Assembly (NCBI GenBank): GCA_965222375.1
Contig: CBDCTZ010000015.1
Coordinates: 480,001 to 544,000, forward strand
Direction of reading: 5' to 3'
Length of the DNA: 64,000 nucleotides
From: Polyangiaceae bacterium
GTDB taxonomy: Bacteria; Myxococcota_A; Polyangia; Polyangiales; Polyangiaceae
Position 1 is the first letter of the stretch. Each line of letters opens with the position of its first letter. Both the position numbers and the translations under genes were made by a program. Shown piece after piece: positions 18,024 to 27,472 of this stretch. The notes under the pieces were generated by a model, which was not told the DNA's origin, made no database searches, and saw nothing but the letters and a program-made list of their open reading frames with translations.

Positions 18024-18991
18024 GCGCTGCGGCACTCAAAATCGACGGCTTGTTCAAGAACTACGGGCGAACCGTGGCTCTCGATGGGCTCGACCTGGAG
18101 GTTCCCGACGGCGTCATCTGCGGCTTCATCGGCCCCAACGGCGCTGGCAAGACGACGACCTTCGGGATCGTTGGCGGTATGATTCGCGCCAACGCTGGAG
18201 AGGTGAGCATTTTAGGTCGCGGCCCCCTCGCGCCCCAGACGCACCCGGGTCTGCTCACCGTACTGCCCCAAGATTGCGAGCTCAGCCCCCACGTCTCGCT
18301 GCGCCAGCTGCTAACCCACTACGCAAGGTTGCAAGGTCTGTCCAAAGCCGATGCGATCAAAGACGTGGATGCGCGCCTGGACGAAGTCGCTCTCAAAGAT
18401 CGCGCTGATGCTCGCATCAAGAGCTTGTCTCACGGCATGCGGCGACGCGTCGCCATCGCCCAGGCGCTCTTGGGCTCACCCAAGCTGGTCCTGCTCGACG
18501 AGCCCACCAGCGGTCTCGATCCCGAGCTGGTCGTTCGCATGCGCGACGTGTTCGCCTCCCACCGTGGCAAGCGCACCCTCGTGGTCAGCTCCCACAATCT
18601 GCTCGAGCTCGAAGCCCTATGCGACCACGTCGTCTTCATCGAGCGCGGGCGCTGCATTCAGAGCGGCTCCATGGCCGACGTCACGGAGCAAGGGCTCGTG
18701 ATGCGCTTCAGTGTCGAAAAGGCCGTGGACGTGGCGCAACTCGAAGCGAACCACCCGGAGTTGGAGATGACCTGGGAGGGCAAGACGCTGGTTGCCCGAG
18801 GTTCCGGCAGCTGGTCCGCGTCGAGCCTGAACGCGACCATCGTGCCCTACCTCTTCCACATGGACGCCGGCCTACTCGAAATCCGCCGTGGCAAGTCTCT
18901 GGAAGACGCCTACATGGCCGGAAAAGCCGAAGCCGCCGCCGAATTCGAGGCCGAAGAAGCCGGCGAATACGACGACGAAGAAGAGGGCTGA
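18020..18991 (+). CDS. ABC transporter ATP-binding protein
   Basis: Walker A GPNGAGKTT, signature LSHGM, Walker B LLDEPTSGLD, SSH switch; ATGA overlap. Confidence 0.95.
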   Translation: MSAAALKIDGLFKNYGRTVALDGLDLEVPDGVICGFIGPNGAGKTTTFGIVGGMIRANAGEVSILGRGPLAPQTHPGLLTVLPQDCELSPHVSLRQLLTHYARLQGLSKADAIKDVDARLDEVALKDRADARIKSLSHGMRRRVAIAQALLGSPKLVLLDEPTSGLDPELVVRMRDVFASHRGKRTLVVSSHNLLELEALCDHVVFIERGRCIQSGSMADVTEQGLVMRFSVEKAVDVAQLEANHPELEMTWEGKTLVARGSGSWSASSLNATIVPYLFHMDAGLLEIRRGKSLEDAYMAGKAEAAAEFEAEEAGEYDDEEEG

Positions 18992-19170
18992 GCCCCTCAC
19001 ACCGCTAGGTTTGTTTTTGTGTGTGGGTGGCAACAGAGCTGCGTTGGCGCTCGCAGCCGCGGCGCGACAGCTCTCGCCTGCGGGGCACGCCGGTGCGGAG
19101 ACCCGTCAGCCGAATCCAGTGTTGCGCTGACAACTCTGAATTCGAGGCGCTGAGTGCTCCGCCGCGTATC

Positions 19171-19218
19171 GCACCGACTGCGCCGCGCACCGACTGCGCC
19201 GCGCACCGACTGCGCCGC
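19171..19218. repeat. Tandem repeat, 3 x GCACCGACTGCGCCGC (16 bp)
   Basis: Three exact copies just downstream of the gnd stop codon. Confidence 0.92.
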
Positions 19219-19234
19219 GCCCCGCTCACTGGCT

Positions 19235-20647
19235 CTAATCGAGCCAGTCCGTGTGAACGAAGGGGCCGTCAGGATCTTCGCGGCGTTGATAGGTATGGGC
19301 GCCAAAAGCGTCCCGCTGCGCTTGGGTGAGATTCTGGGGCAGCACGGCGGTGCGGTAGCTGTCCCAATAGGTCAATCCTGAAGCCAGGCCGCCCACGGGG
19401 ATGCCGTGCTGCTGCGCGAGGCCGACCACGTTGCGCCAAGTGGCCTGGCGACTCTGCAAGCCATCCCGAAGGGTCGCATCGAGCATCAGGTTCGGCAGAT
19501 TTGGGTCTTGCTTGAACGCCGTCATGATGGTGTCGAGGAAGCGCGCGCGAATGATGCATCCGCCTTTCCAGATCCGCGCCATCTCAGCCAAGTTCACGCC
19601 CCAGTCGAATTCGCGCCCGACCCGGGCGATCAGATCCATGCCTTGAGCGTAAGCAGCGATCTTGGCGGCGTAGAGCGCGTCGTGCACTTGCTGCACCAGG
19701 TCGTCGACTCTGCCGTCGTATCGAGACGGAGTGGGCCCCTGAAGCGCCTTGGACGCCGCCACCCGTTCCGACTTCCGACTCGATTGCACCCGGGCATCGA
19801 TGGCTGCCGCAATGCTGGGGATGGGCACCCCGTGCTCCAGCGCCACCTGGGCCGTCCAGCGCCCGGTCCCTTTCTGGCCCGCTTTGTCGAGCACCTGGTC
19901 GACCAGCGCGCTGCCATCTGCGTCCTTGACCGCCAAGATCTTCGCGGTGATCTCGATGAGGAACGACTCCAGGGGGCCTTCATTCCACTTGCCGAACACC
20001 TCGGCGAGGGCAGCCGGACTGAGCCCACCCACCCGGGAAAGGATGTCGTAGGCCTCGGCGATGAACTGCATGTCGGCATACTCGATACCGTTGTGCACCA
20101 TCTTCACGAAATGCCCCGCACCATCCGGACCACAATGCGCCACGCACGGCCCCGAATCCGTCTTGGCCGCGATGCCTTGGAAGATCGGTTCCAGCTCGGC
20201 GTATGCTTTCGGGTCGCCTCCCGGCATCAAAGACGGACCATAGCGCGCGCCGTCTTCCCCGCCAGACACGCCGGATCCAAAGAACTTCAGTCCTGCGTCC
20301 GCGTACAGCTTCTCACGCCGACGCGTGTCCTCGAAAAATGAGTTCCCGCCATCGATCACGATGTCGCCGGGTTCGAGCAGCGGCTGCAGCTGACCGAGCA
20401 CGCTGTCCACGGGCTTTCCGGCTTTGATCATCATCATGATCTTGCGGGGTCGCTCCACCGCTGCGACGAGCTCTTCGAGGCTCTTGGTGGCCAGCAGCTT
20501 GCCACCACTTTCGGTAACCGCAGTCTCGGTCAGCGCAGGGTCGCGGTTGTAGGCCGCCACGCTAGTGCCGTGGTCGAGCAGGTTGAACGCCAGATTGCGA
20601 CCCATGACCGCCATTCCGATCATTCCGAACTGTTTCTTGTCGTTCAT
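19235..20647 (-). CDS. gnd: NADP-dependent 6-phosphogluconate dehydrogenase
   Basis: GMAVMGRNLA, IDGGNS, GVSGGEDGARYGPSLMPGG, KMVHNGIEY, AQRDAFGAHTY. Confidence 0.98.
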   Translation of the reverse strand: MNDKKQFGMIGMAVMGRNLAFNLLDHGTSVAAYNRDPALTETAVTESGGKLLATKSLEELVAAVERPRKIMMMIKAGKPVDSVLGQLQPLLEPGDIVIDGGNSFFEDTRRREKLYADAGLKFFGSGVSGGEDGARYGPSLMPGGDPKAYAELEPIFQGIAAKTDSGPCVAHCGPDGAGHFVKMVHNGIEYADMQFIAEAYDILSRVGGLSPAALAEVFGKWNEGPLESFLIEITAKILAVKDADGSALVDQVLDKAGQKGTGRWTAQVALEHGVPIPSIAAAIDARVQSSRKSERVAASKALQGPTPSRYDGRVDDLVQQVHDALYAAKIAAYAQGMDLIARVGREFDWGVNLAEMARIWKGGCIIRARFLDTIMTAFKQDPNLPNLMLDATLRDGLQSRQATWRNVVGLAQQHGIPVGGLASGLTYWDSYRTAVLPQNLTQAQRDAFGAHTYQRREDPDGPFVHTDWLD

Positions 20648-21375
20648 TTTCGTCTCACTATCTCAGAGAGTGCGGCAGCGGCGTCTCTATCGACGATCCA
20701 AACCAATTGACCACTGTGCGGAGCCACATGGGCAGCGGGGAGTGCTGGGGCGCCGTCTTTCATCTGTTGATGCACTTCCGCGAGCCGTGCGGCTTTGGAG
20801 CTACCTGCTACGAGCAGAACGACCTGGCCGGCTTCGTTGATCGCGCGAAGCGACAGCGAGATCCGCGCCGTGGGCGGAATCGGGCTCTGGGTCACGATGA
20901 CCCGTTCGGGCGCCAAAGGGTCGAGCTCGGGCCCAGGGAAAACCGACGCCGTGTGACCGTCTCCGCCCATGCCCAGTAGCAGCACATCGAGAGGCTCTTC
21001 GCCCAGGGTGGCTTCGTAGGCTGCCCGAGCCTCGAGGGGCGGGCGCTCCCCCTCGACGCGGAAAACTCGATCATCGGCAATGGTCACGGGCTGGAGCAAT
21101 ACGTCGCGCACCATACGGTAGTTACTGTGCTCGTCTTGGGGACCGACGGCGCGTTCATCTCCGAAAAAGACGCTGACTCTGCTCCAGTCCACATCTTCGC
21201 GCTCCGCAAGGGCTACGTAGATCGGGCGCGGAGTGCCGCCACCGGCCAGGCCGAGTCGACATTCGCCGCGCGCCTGGATCGCCCGGCCAATCGCAACCGC
21301 GATCCGTTCAGCGGCGCCCGAGGCGAAGTCAGCGCTGGACAAAGCCACCACCTCGGGGAGCAACGCGTCAGTCAT
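20644..21375 (-). CDS. pgl: 6-phosphogluconolactonase
   Basis: LAGGGTP, FFGDERAV, SNYRM, LLGMGGDGHTASVFP; lies between zwf and gnd. Confidence 0.96.
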   Translation of the reverse strand: MTDALLPEVVALSSADFASGAAERIAVAIGRAIQARGECRLGLAGGGTPRPIYVALAEREDVDWSRVSVFFGDERAVGPQDEHSNYRMVRDVLLQPVTIADDRVFRVEGERPPLEARAAYEATLGEEPLDVLLLGMGGDGHTASVFPGPELDPLAPERVIVTQSPIPPTARISLSLRAINEAGQVVLLVAGSSKAARLAEVHQQMKDGAPALPAAHVAPHSGQLVWIVDRDAAAALSEIVRRK

Positions 21376-22834
21376 TTCGTAGCTGCCACAGGTCGCTTTC
21401 GGGGATGGCCAGGCCTTCTGCCTCGGGCGGCCCCCAGGTCCCAGCCACGTAGTCGTGCACGGGTGGGGGTTCTTGAAGCAGGCCCTCGTACACACGCCAA
21501 GATTCCTCAACCTCATCGCCGTGAACAAAGAGCGTCTGATCACCGTTGAGAACGTCGAGCAACAGGGTTTGGTAGGCCTCGGGCATCGCGCCGTGGAAGT
21601 GATCGCCATAGGCGAACTTCAAAGGAACGCGCTCGAGGCAGAGTGGGTCACCGGGCACTTTGATGTCGAAGTGAAACGCAAAACCTTCGTTCGGCTGCAG
21701 CGTGATGGTCAGCACGTCTGCAGTGTCCTGAGAACACCCCAAACGTTCGAAGAAGCGAACCGGCGCACCTCGAAACCGCACCGCTATCTGCGAACTCTTG
21801 GCTGGCATGCGCTTGCCAGTTCGAATGAAGAACGGCACCCCCTGCCAGCGCCATGAGTCCACGCCCATTTTCAAAGCGATGAAGGTCTCGGTTTGCGAGT
21901 CCGCCGGCACGCCCGGCTCGTCGAGGTAGCCCGGAACTTCCCGCCCCTCGATCATGCCGGCAGTGTAGCGGCCACGGACCACGTTCTTGCACTGAATGGG
22001 TTGAATCGACTTGAGCACCTTGAGCTTTTCGTAGCGAATGGCGCTCGCCGAAAAGGATGTCGGCACCTCCATGGCCACGAGAGAGATGAGCTGCGTGATG
22101 TGGTTTTGCACCATGTCGCGCAAGGCTCCAGAGTGGTCGTAGTAGCCAGCTCGAGAGCCGACGCCGAGGCTTTCACCCACGGTGATCTGGACCTGTTCCA
22201 CCCGTTCGCGGTTCCAGGACGATTCGATGAAGGCGTTGGCGAGACGAAACACCAACAGGTTCTGAACCGTCTCTTTCCCGAGGTAGTGGTCGATGCGATA
22301 GATCTGCTCTTCGGTGAAGTACTCGTGGATCGTCTCGTTGAGTTCTCGAGCGGTCTTCAGATCCGTGCCAAAAGGCTTTTCGATCACGATACGGGTCCAA
22401 CCGGCGTCGTTGGTCAGGTTGAGGCCCACCGCCCCCAGCCCAGCGATGGTGTCGGCAAAGACTCGTGGGGGAAGCGATAGGTAGAAGCAGTAATTCTCCG
22501 GTATGTGGTGCTCTCGCCGCAGCTCCGCCAGCTTGTCGGCCAAGTTGCGAAAGTCGGAAGCATCCCCAGCGGGTGCAGAGAGGAAGTGCAAGCGCGCGAG
22601 AAAAGGCGCCACTGCGTCTCCGCTGATGTTGGCGGCTTTCAGTGCCTCGGCCGCCAGCTTTCGAAACGCTTCGTCGTCCAGCTCGGCTCTCGACACACCG
22701 AGAATGCGAACTCGGGGGTCGATCTGTCCGGCCGCGTGGTTTCGGTACAGCGCCGGCAGCAGCTTGCGCCGCGATAGATCTCCGGTCGCGCCGTAGATGG
22801 TGAAGATTGACCCTTCGCTCGTCGAGTTGCCCAT
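21368..22834 (-). CDS. zwf: Glucose-6-phosphate 1-dehydrogenase
   Basis: GATGDLSRRKLLPAL, IEKPFG, RIDHYLGKETVQN, RWQGVPFFIRTGKR. Confidence 0.98.
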   Translation of the reverse strand: MGNSTSEGSIFTIYGATGDLSRRKLLPALYRNHAAGQIDPRVRILGVSRAELDDEAFRKLAAEALKAANISGDAVAPFLARLHFLSAPAGDASDFRNLADKLAELRREHHIPENYCFYLSLPPRVFADTIAGLGAVGLNLTNDAGWTRIVIEKPFGTDLKTARELNETIHEYFTEEQIYRIDHYLGKETVQNLLVFRLANAFIESSWNRERVEQVQITVGESLGVGSRAGYYDHSGALRDMVQNHITQLISLVAMEVPTSFSASAIRYEKLKVLKSIQPIQCKNVVRGRYTAGMIEGREVPGYLDEPGVPADSQTETFIALKMGVDSWRWQGVPFFIRTGKRMPAKSSQIAVRFRGAPVRFFERLGCSQDTADVLTITLQPNEGFAFHFDIKVPGDPLCLERVPLKFAYGDHFHGAMPEAYQTLLLDVLNGDQTLFVHGDEVEESWRVYEGLLQEPPPVHDYVAGTWGPPEAEGLAIPESDLWQLRND

Positions 22835-22966
22835 CGGACGGCGAGGCTACAGCAACGAACGCGGAAACGAAACGCGGGGTGCTCTGCGAAGGCAGAGCGG
22901 CTCGCTGGAGCAACCAACCTAAGTTCGGCCCACGTGCCGCGGCGCGACGAAGTAGACTTGTGGGGA

Positions 22967-23389
22967 ATGAAGTCGATCAAGCACCCCGGGGTCGCTGCGA
23001 CCTTCGAGAGCTACCCGCCGAAGCCACGGCGCAAGCTTCTGGCACTGCGCAAGCTGATCTTGGGCACTGCAAAGTTCACGGATGGAGTGGGGAAGCTCGA
23101 GGAGACGCTCAAGTGGGGCGAGCCGGCGTACGTTACGAGCGAGACCAAGAGCGGCACCACCATCCGCGTCGGCTGGAAGGCCTCAGCGCCGGAAAAGTAC
23201 GCGATCTACTTTCATTGTCAGACCAACCTGGTCGAGTCCTTTCGCGAGATGTTCCCCAAACGCTTCAAGTTCGAAGGCAATCGCGCGATCGTATTCGATC
23301 AAGGCGATGCTGTACCCAAAGAGGAGCTCTCCTGCTGCATCGCCGCGGCGCTCACCTACCACCTGGACAAGAAGCAGTCGCGCGGCTAG
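22967..23389 (+). CDS. DUF1801 (YdhG-like) protein
   Basis: LEETLKWGEPAY, IYFHCQTNLVESFR, FEGNRAI, ALTYH. Confidence 0.9.
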   Translation: MKSIKHPGVAATFESYPPKPRRKLLALRKLILGTAKFTDGVGKLEETLKWGEPAYVTSETKSGTTIRVGWKASAPEKYAIYFHCQTNLVESFREMFPKRFKFEGNRAIVFDQGDAVPKEELSCCIAAALTYHLDKKQSRG

Positions 23390-23452
23390 CCCCTCGGCGG
23401 GATTTCGCTTAAAGGTGTCGGGGGACACGCTAGTCAGCGTGAAGAGACCGCC

Positions 23453-23893
23453 GTGCCGAAGTTCCACGAACTGCCAAAGGAGGAGATCGAGCGGATCTTC
23501 AATGCAGCGCCGTTCATTTCGAGCCTCGGCATGCGCCTGGCAAGCGTGAGCGCCGGAGCGTGTGAAACGACTCTCGAATTGGAGCCCCGGCACTTGCAGC
23601 AGGACGGCTTCGTGCATGCGGGTCTGCAGGCAACCATGGCCGACCACACCGCCGGCGGCGCCGCAGCCACGATGATTGGGCCTGGGCAAATCGTGCTGAC
23701 CGCCGAGTTCAAGATCAACTTGCTGCGGGCCGCCAAGGGGCAGCGCCTGAGGTGCAAGTCCAAGGTGCTCAAGCCGGGTTCACGCTTCAGCGTCGTCGAG
23801 TCCGAGATCGAGTGCGCAAACGATGGCGAGTGGAAGCTGGTTTCCAAGACCACTGCGACCATTGCCGTAGTGGAAAAGCGACCGGCCCTCTAG
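23453..23893 (+). CDS. PaaI family thioesterase
   Basis: HLQQDGFVHAG...MADHTAGGAA; TAEFKINLLR. Confidence 0.92.
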   Translation: MPKFHELPKEEIERIFNAAPFISSLGMRLASVSAGACETTLELEPRHLQQDGFVHAGLQATMADHTAGGAAATMIGPGQIVLTAEFKINLLRAAKGQRLRCKSKVLKPGSRFSVVESEIECANDGEWKLVSKTTATIAVVEKRPAL

Positions 23894-24030
23894 AGCGATT
23901 GTGAACTGGGATTCATGGCGCATCGCGAACCACCGTTGCAAGACCGCAACGGTTTGAGGCAATAGCGCCGAGGGAAAGCTTGCGACAGCCCTCGAGCTGA
24001 CTGGCACGCCACTCGCAACATGGGCGGACA

Positions 24031-24520
24031 ATGCGCTCCCTGCTGTCTGCACTCGCGGTCGGTCTGTCCCTGGTCGGCTGTTCTGCACCGGCGGAGATCC
24101 TCGACGTTTCCTACGACGATCGCTTCGGCAACCAAACCAAGATGGACATTTACCTTCCTGCCGGCGAGCCGGCAGGAAGCCCCGCCATCGTGATGATCCA
24201 TGGTGGCGCGTGGCGCTTCGGCAGCAAGAACGCCTACCGCGGCGCGGCGATCCGCATGGCCCGCTCCGGGTGGGTCGCGGTATCCATCAACTATCGCCTT
24301 GGCTCCGCCGGCGTGTATCCGCGCGCGGTTCAAGACTGCGTATGCGCGCTAGCCTACTTGCGAGCCCACGCCGACGAATACGGCATCGACCCCAATCGAA
24401 TTGCGGTCACCAGCTACTCCGCGGGCGGCCACCTGGCGTCCCTGGTCGGGCTCGCTGCGGACGCACCGGAGCATGTTCCGGATTGCGACTCCGGCGGCAC
24501 GACGTTGCCGAATGCCGTGG
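24031..24520 (+). pseudogene. Truncated alpha/beta hydrolase (HSL-like esterase) lipoprotein
   Basis: Lipobox LVGC, IHGGAW, INYRL, YSAGGHLA; after PNAV the frame runs into unrelated Arg/Pro-rich text with no catalytic Asp/His region. Confidence 0.75.
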
Positions 24521-24703
24521 GTCGGGGGCAATATCGGTCTGTCCGTGGTCGGCGGCCTGGGCTGGCGGTTCGCCATCGGCCGGGTCGAACTCACGCCCAG
24601 CTTCGGCCTCGGCTCCCGCACGGACTTCGACCCCAAGGGCCGTCTGGCGCCTTGGACCCGCACGGTGATTCGCTTCGATTGGACCGTCGGCTGGATGTTC
24701 TAG
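24518..24703 (+). pseudogene. C-terminal remnant of an outer-membrane beta-barrel protein
   Basis: Different frame reads GLGWRFAIGRVELTPSFGLG...IRFDWTVGWMF-stop, with a terminal Phe beta-signal; no 5' part present. Confidence 0.6.
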
Positions 24704-24769
24704 CGGACGCCGCGACAATCACCATTTCTGGCATAGGCGAAAGCCCGCCACTCGTGCTTGACTCCGCCC

Positions 24770-25132
24770 ATGTCCAAGGATCGCCATCGGGGGCAGCTCT
24801 TCGACAACAAGAACAAGCGCAAACCCAGCCAACCTGACATGGAGGGCGAGGGGCGCATCGCGGGCAAGCCGTACACCATCTCTGCGTGGAAGCGGGACAA
24901 GCTGCTCGTGCTTTCTTTGGCGCCGCCAAGGGAACGGGGCAGCAACACCTATCCGCCCGAAGCCTTCAAGGGCGCCCTCAACCCGGCAAAAGGCAGGATT
25001 GCAGAAAACACACCTGTTTGGACCGGTGACATCAGCGGCGACGAGGGAACCTACGCGGTCCGTGCTTATCAGCGTCAGGGTAAGAGCGGCCCATTCCTCT
25101 CTCTCGAGCTGGACGTCGAACCAACTGATTAG
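24770..25132 (+). CDS. Tandem DUF736-like (putative ssDNA-binding) protein
   Basis: Two copies of GxL...PxxxG...YxxxA[WY]...LxLxL (GQLFDNKNK..PDMEG..YTISAW; GALNP..PVWTG..YAVRAY..GPFLSL). Confidence 0.65.
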   Translation: MSKDRHRGQLFDNKNKRKPSQPDMEGEGRIAGKPYTISAWKRDKLLVLSLAPPRERGSNTYPPEAFKGALNPAKGRIAENTPVWTGDISGDEGTYAVRAYQRQGKSGPFLSLELDVEPTD

Positions 25133-25330
25133 TGTCCTTCGAGTACACCATCAAGTTCGAGCGAGATTCGGAAGCCCAACTCGACGGGCTCCTTCGAGGC
25201 ATCGCCGGCTTCGATGGCATCGAACCTCAGTTCGGTGCGTATCGCTATCGCTCTAAGGCCAACCAGGGCAAGATGCCCGACGCAGACGTGCGGATTCAAG
25301 AAGGCGGCGTGCACCTATGCCACAGCCCAC
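25132..25330 (+). pseudogene. Possibly truncated small hypothetical gene
   Basis: First ~65 aa (MSFEYTIKF...MPDADVRIQEGGVHLCH) are protein-like, then the ORF runs antisense into the convergent gene. Confidence 0.4.
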
Positions 25331-25360
25331 CCGCGGGGTCCGGGGCGAGCCGATCCTGGC

Positions 25361-27286
25361 TCAGGGTTGAAATCCGCCGAATCCGCCAGCGCCCGCCGGA
25401 AACCCGCCCCCAGCGCCGGCGGCGCCTCCGCCCGTACCGCCCACGCCGCCGCAGTCCTGCACGCACCAGCCCCACTCACCTGGATCACAGATGTTGTCCC
25501 CGCAATAGGACGGAGGCGGAGGGGGAGGCATAGGCCCGCAGTCGATCGGGCAGTTGAACGGGTCCTCGTAAGGTCCGCAGACGTAGTCGCCGCAGTAGCC
25601 ACCATAGCCGCAGTCGATCGGGCAGTTGTAAGGGCTCTCACCCGGACCACACACGTAGTCGCCGCAGTAACCGCCATAGCCGCAGTCGATCGGACAGTTG
25701 TAGGAGTTCTCTCCTGCACCGCAGATCGTGTCACCGCAGTAGCCACTGGAGTAACAATCCACGGGGCAGTTCTTTTGGTTTTCGCCAGGACCACAGAAGC
25801 TGTCACCACAGTAGCCGCCATAGCCGCAGTCTTGAGGACAATTGTAGGGGTTTTCGGTGTTCGGATTGCAGTAGCTATCTCCGCAGTAGCCGCCGTAGCC
25901 GCAGTCAATCGGGCAGTTCTTCTCGTTTTCACCTGGACCGCAAACGTAGTCGCCGCAGTAGCCAAAGCCACAATCCTGCGGGCAGTTCTTCGAGTTCTCC
26001 GTATTCGGGTCGCAGTAGTTGTCGCCGCAGTAGCTCGGCTTCCAACAGTCGATGGGACAATTGTCCGGCGTCTCCCCTGGACCACAGATCTGGTCACCGC
26101 AATAGTTCGGGAATCCGCAATCCTGCGGGCAGTTGTAGGGGTTTTCGGAAGTGGGATCGCAATAGCTATCGCCGCAGTAGCCCGGCTTGCCGCAATCGAT
26201 GGGGCAATTCTGCGGAGTCTCTCCGGGCTCGCATACCTGGTTACCGCAGTAGCCCGGCTTGTAGCAGTCAACGGGACAGTTCTGCGGAGTCTCTCCGGGC
26301 TCGCAAATCAGGTTCCCGCAGTAGCCAGGTTTGTAGCAGTCCTGGGGACAGTTCTTCTCGTTTTCTCCGGGGCCACACTGGCCGTCACCGCAGTAACCAA
26401 TGTTGCCGCAGTCTTGAGGACAGTTGAATGGATTCTCGGTCTTTGGGTCGCAGTATTTGTCGCCGCAATAGCCAGGCTTGCCGCAATCGATGGGACAGTT
26501 CTTCTCGTTTTCTCCCGGCTCGCAAATCAGGTTCCCGCAGTAGCCAGGTTTGTAGCAGTCCTGGGGACAGTTCTTCTCGTTTTCTCCCGGACCGCATTTC
26601 CCATCACCGCAATACGGCTTGTCTTCACAATCGATGGGACAGTTCTTTTCGTTCTCACCGGGCTCACACACCAGGTTCCCGCAGTAGCCCGGCTTGTAGC
26701 AGTCCTGAGGACAGTTCTTCTCGTTCTCTCCCGGGCCGCATTGGCCATCCCCGCAATAGGAAGGCTTCTCGCAATCTACTGGGCAGTTCTTCTCGTTTTC
26801 GCCAACGCCGCATTGACCGTCCCCGCAGAAGCCACAATCCTCCTGACAGGTCCACGGATCTTCGCCCGGTCCACAAACGGTATCCCCGCAGTAGCCCGCT
26901 CCGCAATCCGTTGGGCAGCTCTCGGCAGTTTCCGTCTTGGGGTCGCAGACCTTGTCTCCGCAATAGCCGTTGCCGCAATCTTGCGGGCAAGACTCCATGG
27001 TCTCGCCGGGATCGCACACAGCATTGCCGCAGGTCCCCGAACAATCCTTGGGGCAAGAACCCTCCTCGCCCGGATCGCACTTGCCGTTGCCGCAGTCGTC
27101 AGCGCAATCCGACGGACAGCTCGTGGGATCCTCGTCGGGATCGCAGACGCCGTTGCCGCAGTCGACTCCGCCGTCTCCGCCAAGTCCAGCCCCAGGGTCG
27201 ATGCGACTCCCGCAACCGCTGACCGCCACGACAGCACCGAACCCTCCCAAGAACCCAACGGCCCGAAGCCAACTCTTGATAGTCAC
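25361..27286 (-). CDS. Lipoprotein with 24 CG[DN]xxC.P.E...CP.DC disulfide repeats
   Basis: GTG start, lipobox VSGC, 24 four-Cys repeats counted in the translation, Gly-rich tail. Confidence 0.9.
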   Translation of the reverse strand: MTIKSWLRAVGFLGGFGAVVAVSGCGSRIDPGAGLGGDGGVDCGNGVCDPDEDPTSCPSDCADDCGNGKCDPGEEGSCPKDCSGTCGNAVCDPGETMESCPQDCGNGYCGDKVCDPKTETAESCPTDCGAGYCGDTVCGPGEDPWTCQEDCGFCGDGQCGVGENEKNCPVDCEKPSYCGDGQCGPGENEKNCPQDCYKPGYCGNLVCEPGENEKNCPIDCEDKPYCGDGKCGPGENEKNCPQDCYKPGYCGNLICEPGENEKNCPIDCGKPGYCGDKYCDPKTENPFNCPQDCGNIGYCGDGQCGPGENEKNCPQDCYKPGYCGNLICEPGETPQNCPVDCYKPGYCGNQVCEPGETPQNCPIDCGKPGYCGDSYCDPTSENPYNCPQDCGFPNYCGDQICGPGETPDNCPIDCWKPSYCGDNYCDPNTENSKNCPQDCGFGYCGDYVCGPGENEKNCPIDCGYGGYCGDSYCNPNTENPYNCPQDCGYGGYCGDSFCGPGENQKNCPVDCYSSGYCGDTICGAGENSYNCPIDCGYGGYCGDYVCGPGESPYNCPIDCGYGGYCGDYVCGPYEDPFNCPIDCGPMPPPPPPSYCGDNICDPGEWGWCVQDCGGVGGTGGGAAGAGGGFPAGAGGFGGFQP

Positions 27287-27472
27287 CCCGTGGGAATAAG
27301 CAAGCCGCGGGCCAGCTGCAAGGCGACCCGGGGGCGGGAAAACCCCCGAGTTCTTTGGGGTCGTTCCGCTGTGCCAGCCCCAGCCCCTGGCACACCCGGG
27401 CAACAACGTCGGTTCCTCCCAAGGTTGATGCCCGTCAAATGCGCAGTCCGCGAGTCCCCGCGCCACCAGGTG

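Noticed and set aside
19406..20341. 311-aa plus-strand ORF
   Set aside because: Antisense to gnd
25214..27470. N-terminal ~750 aa of the 1062-aa plus-strand ORF (AAVDRAV repeats)
   Set aside because: Antisense shadow of the Cys-repeat gene; only the part from about 27473 looks like a real gene
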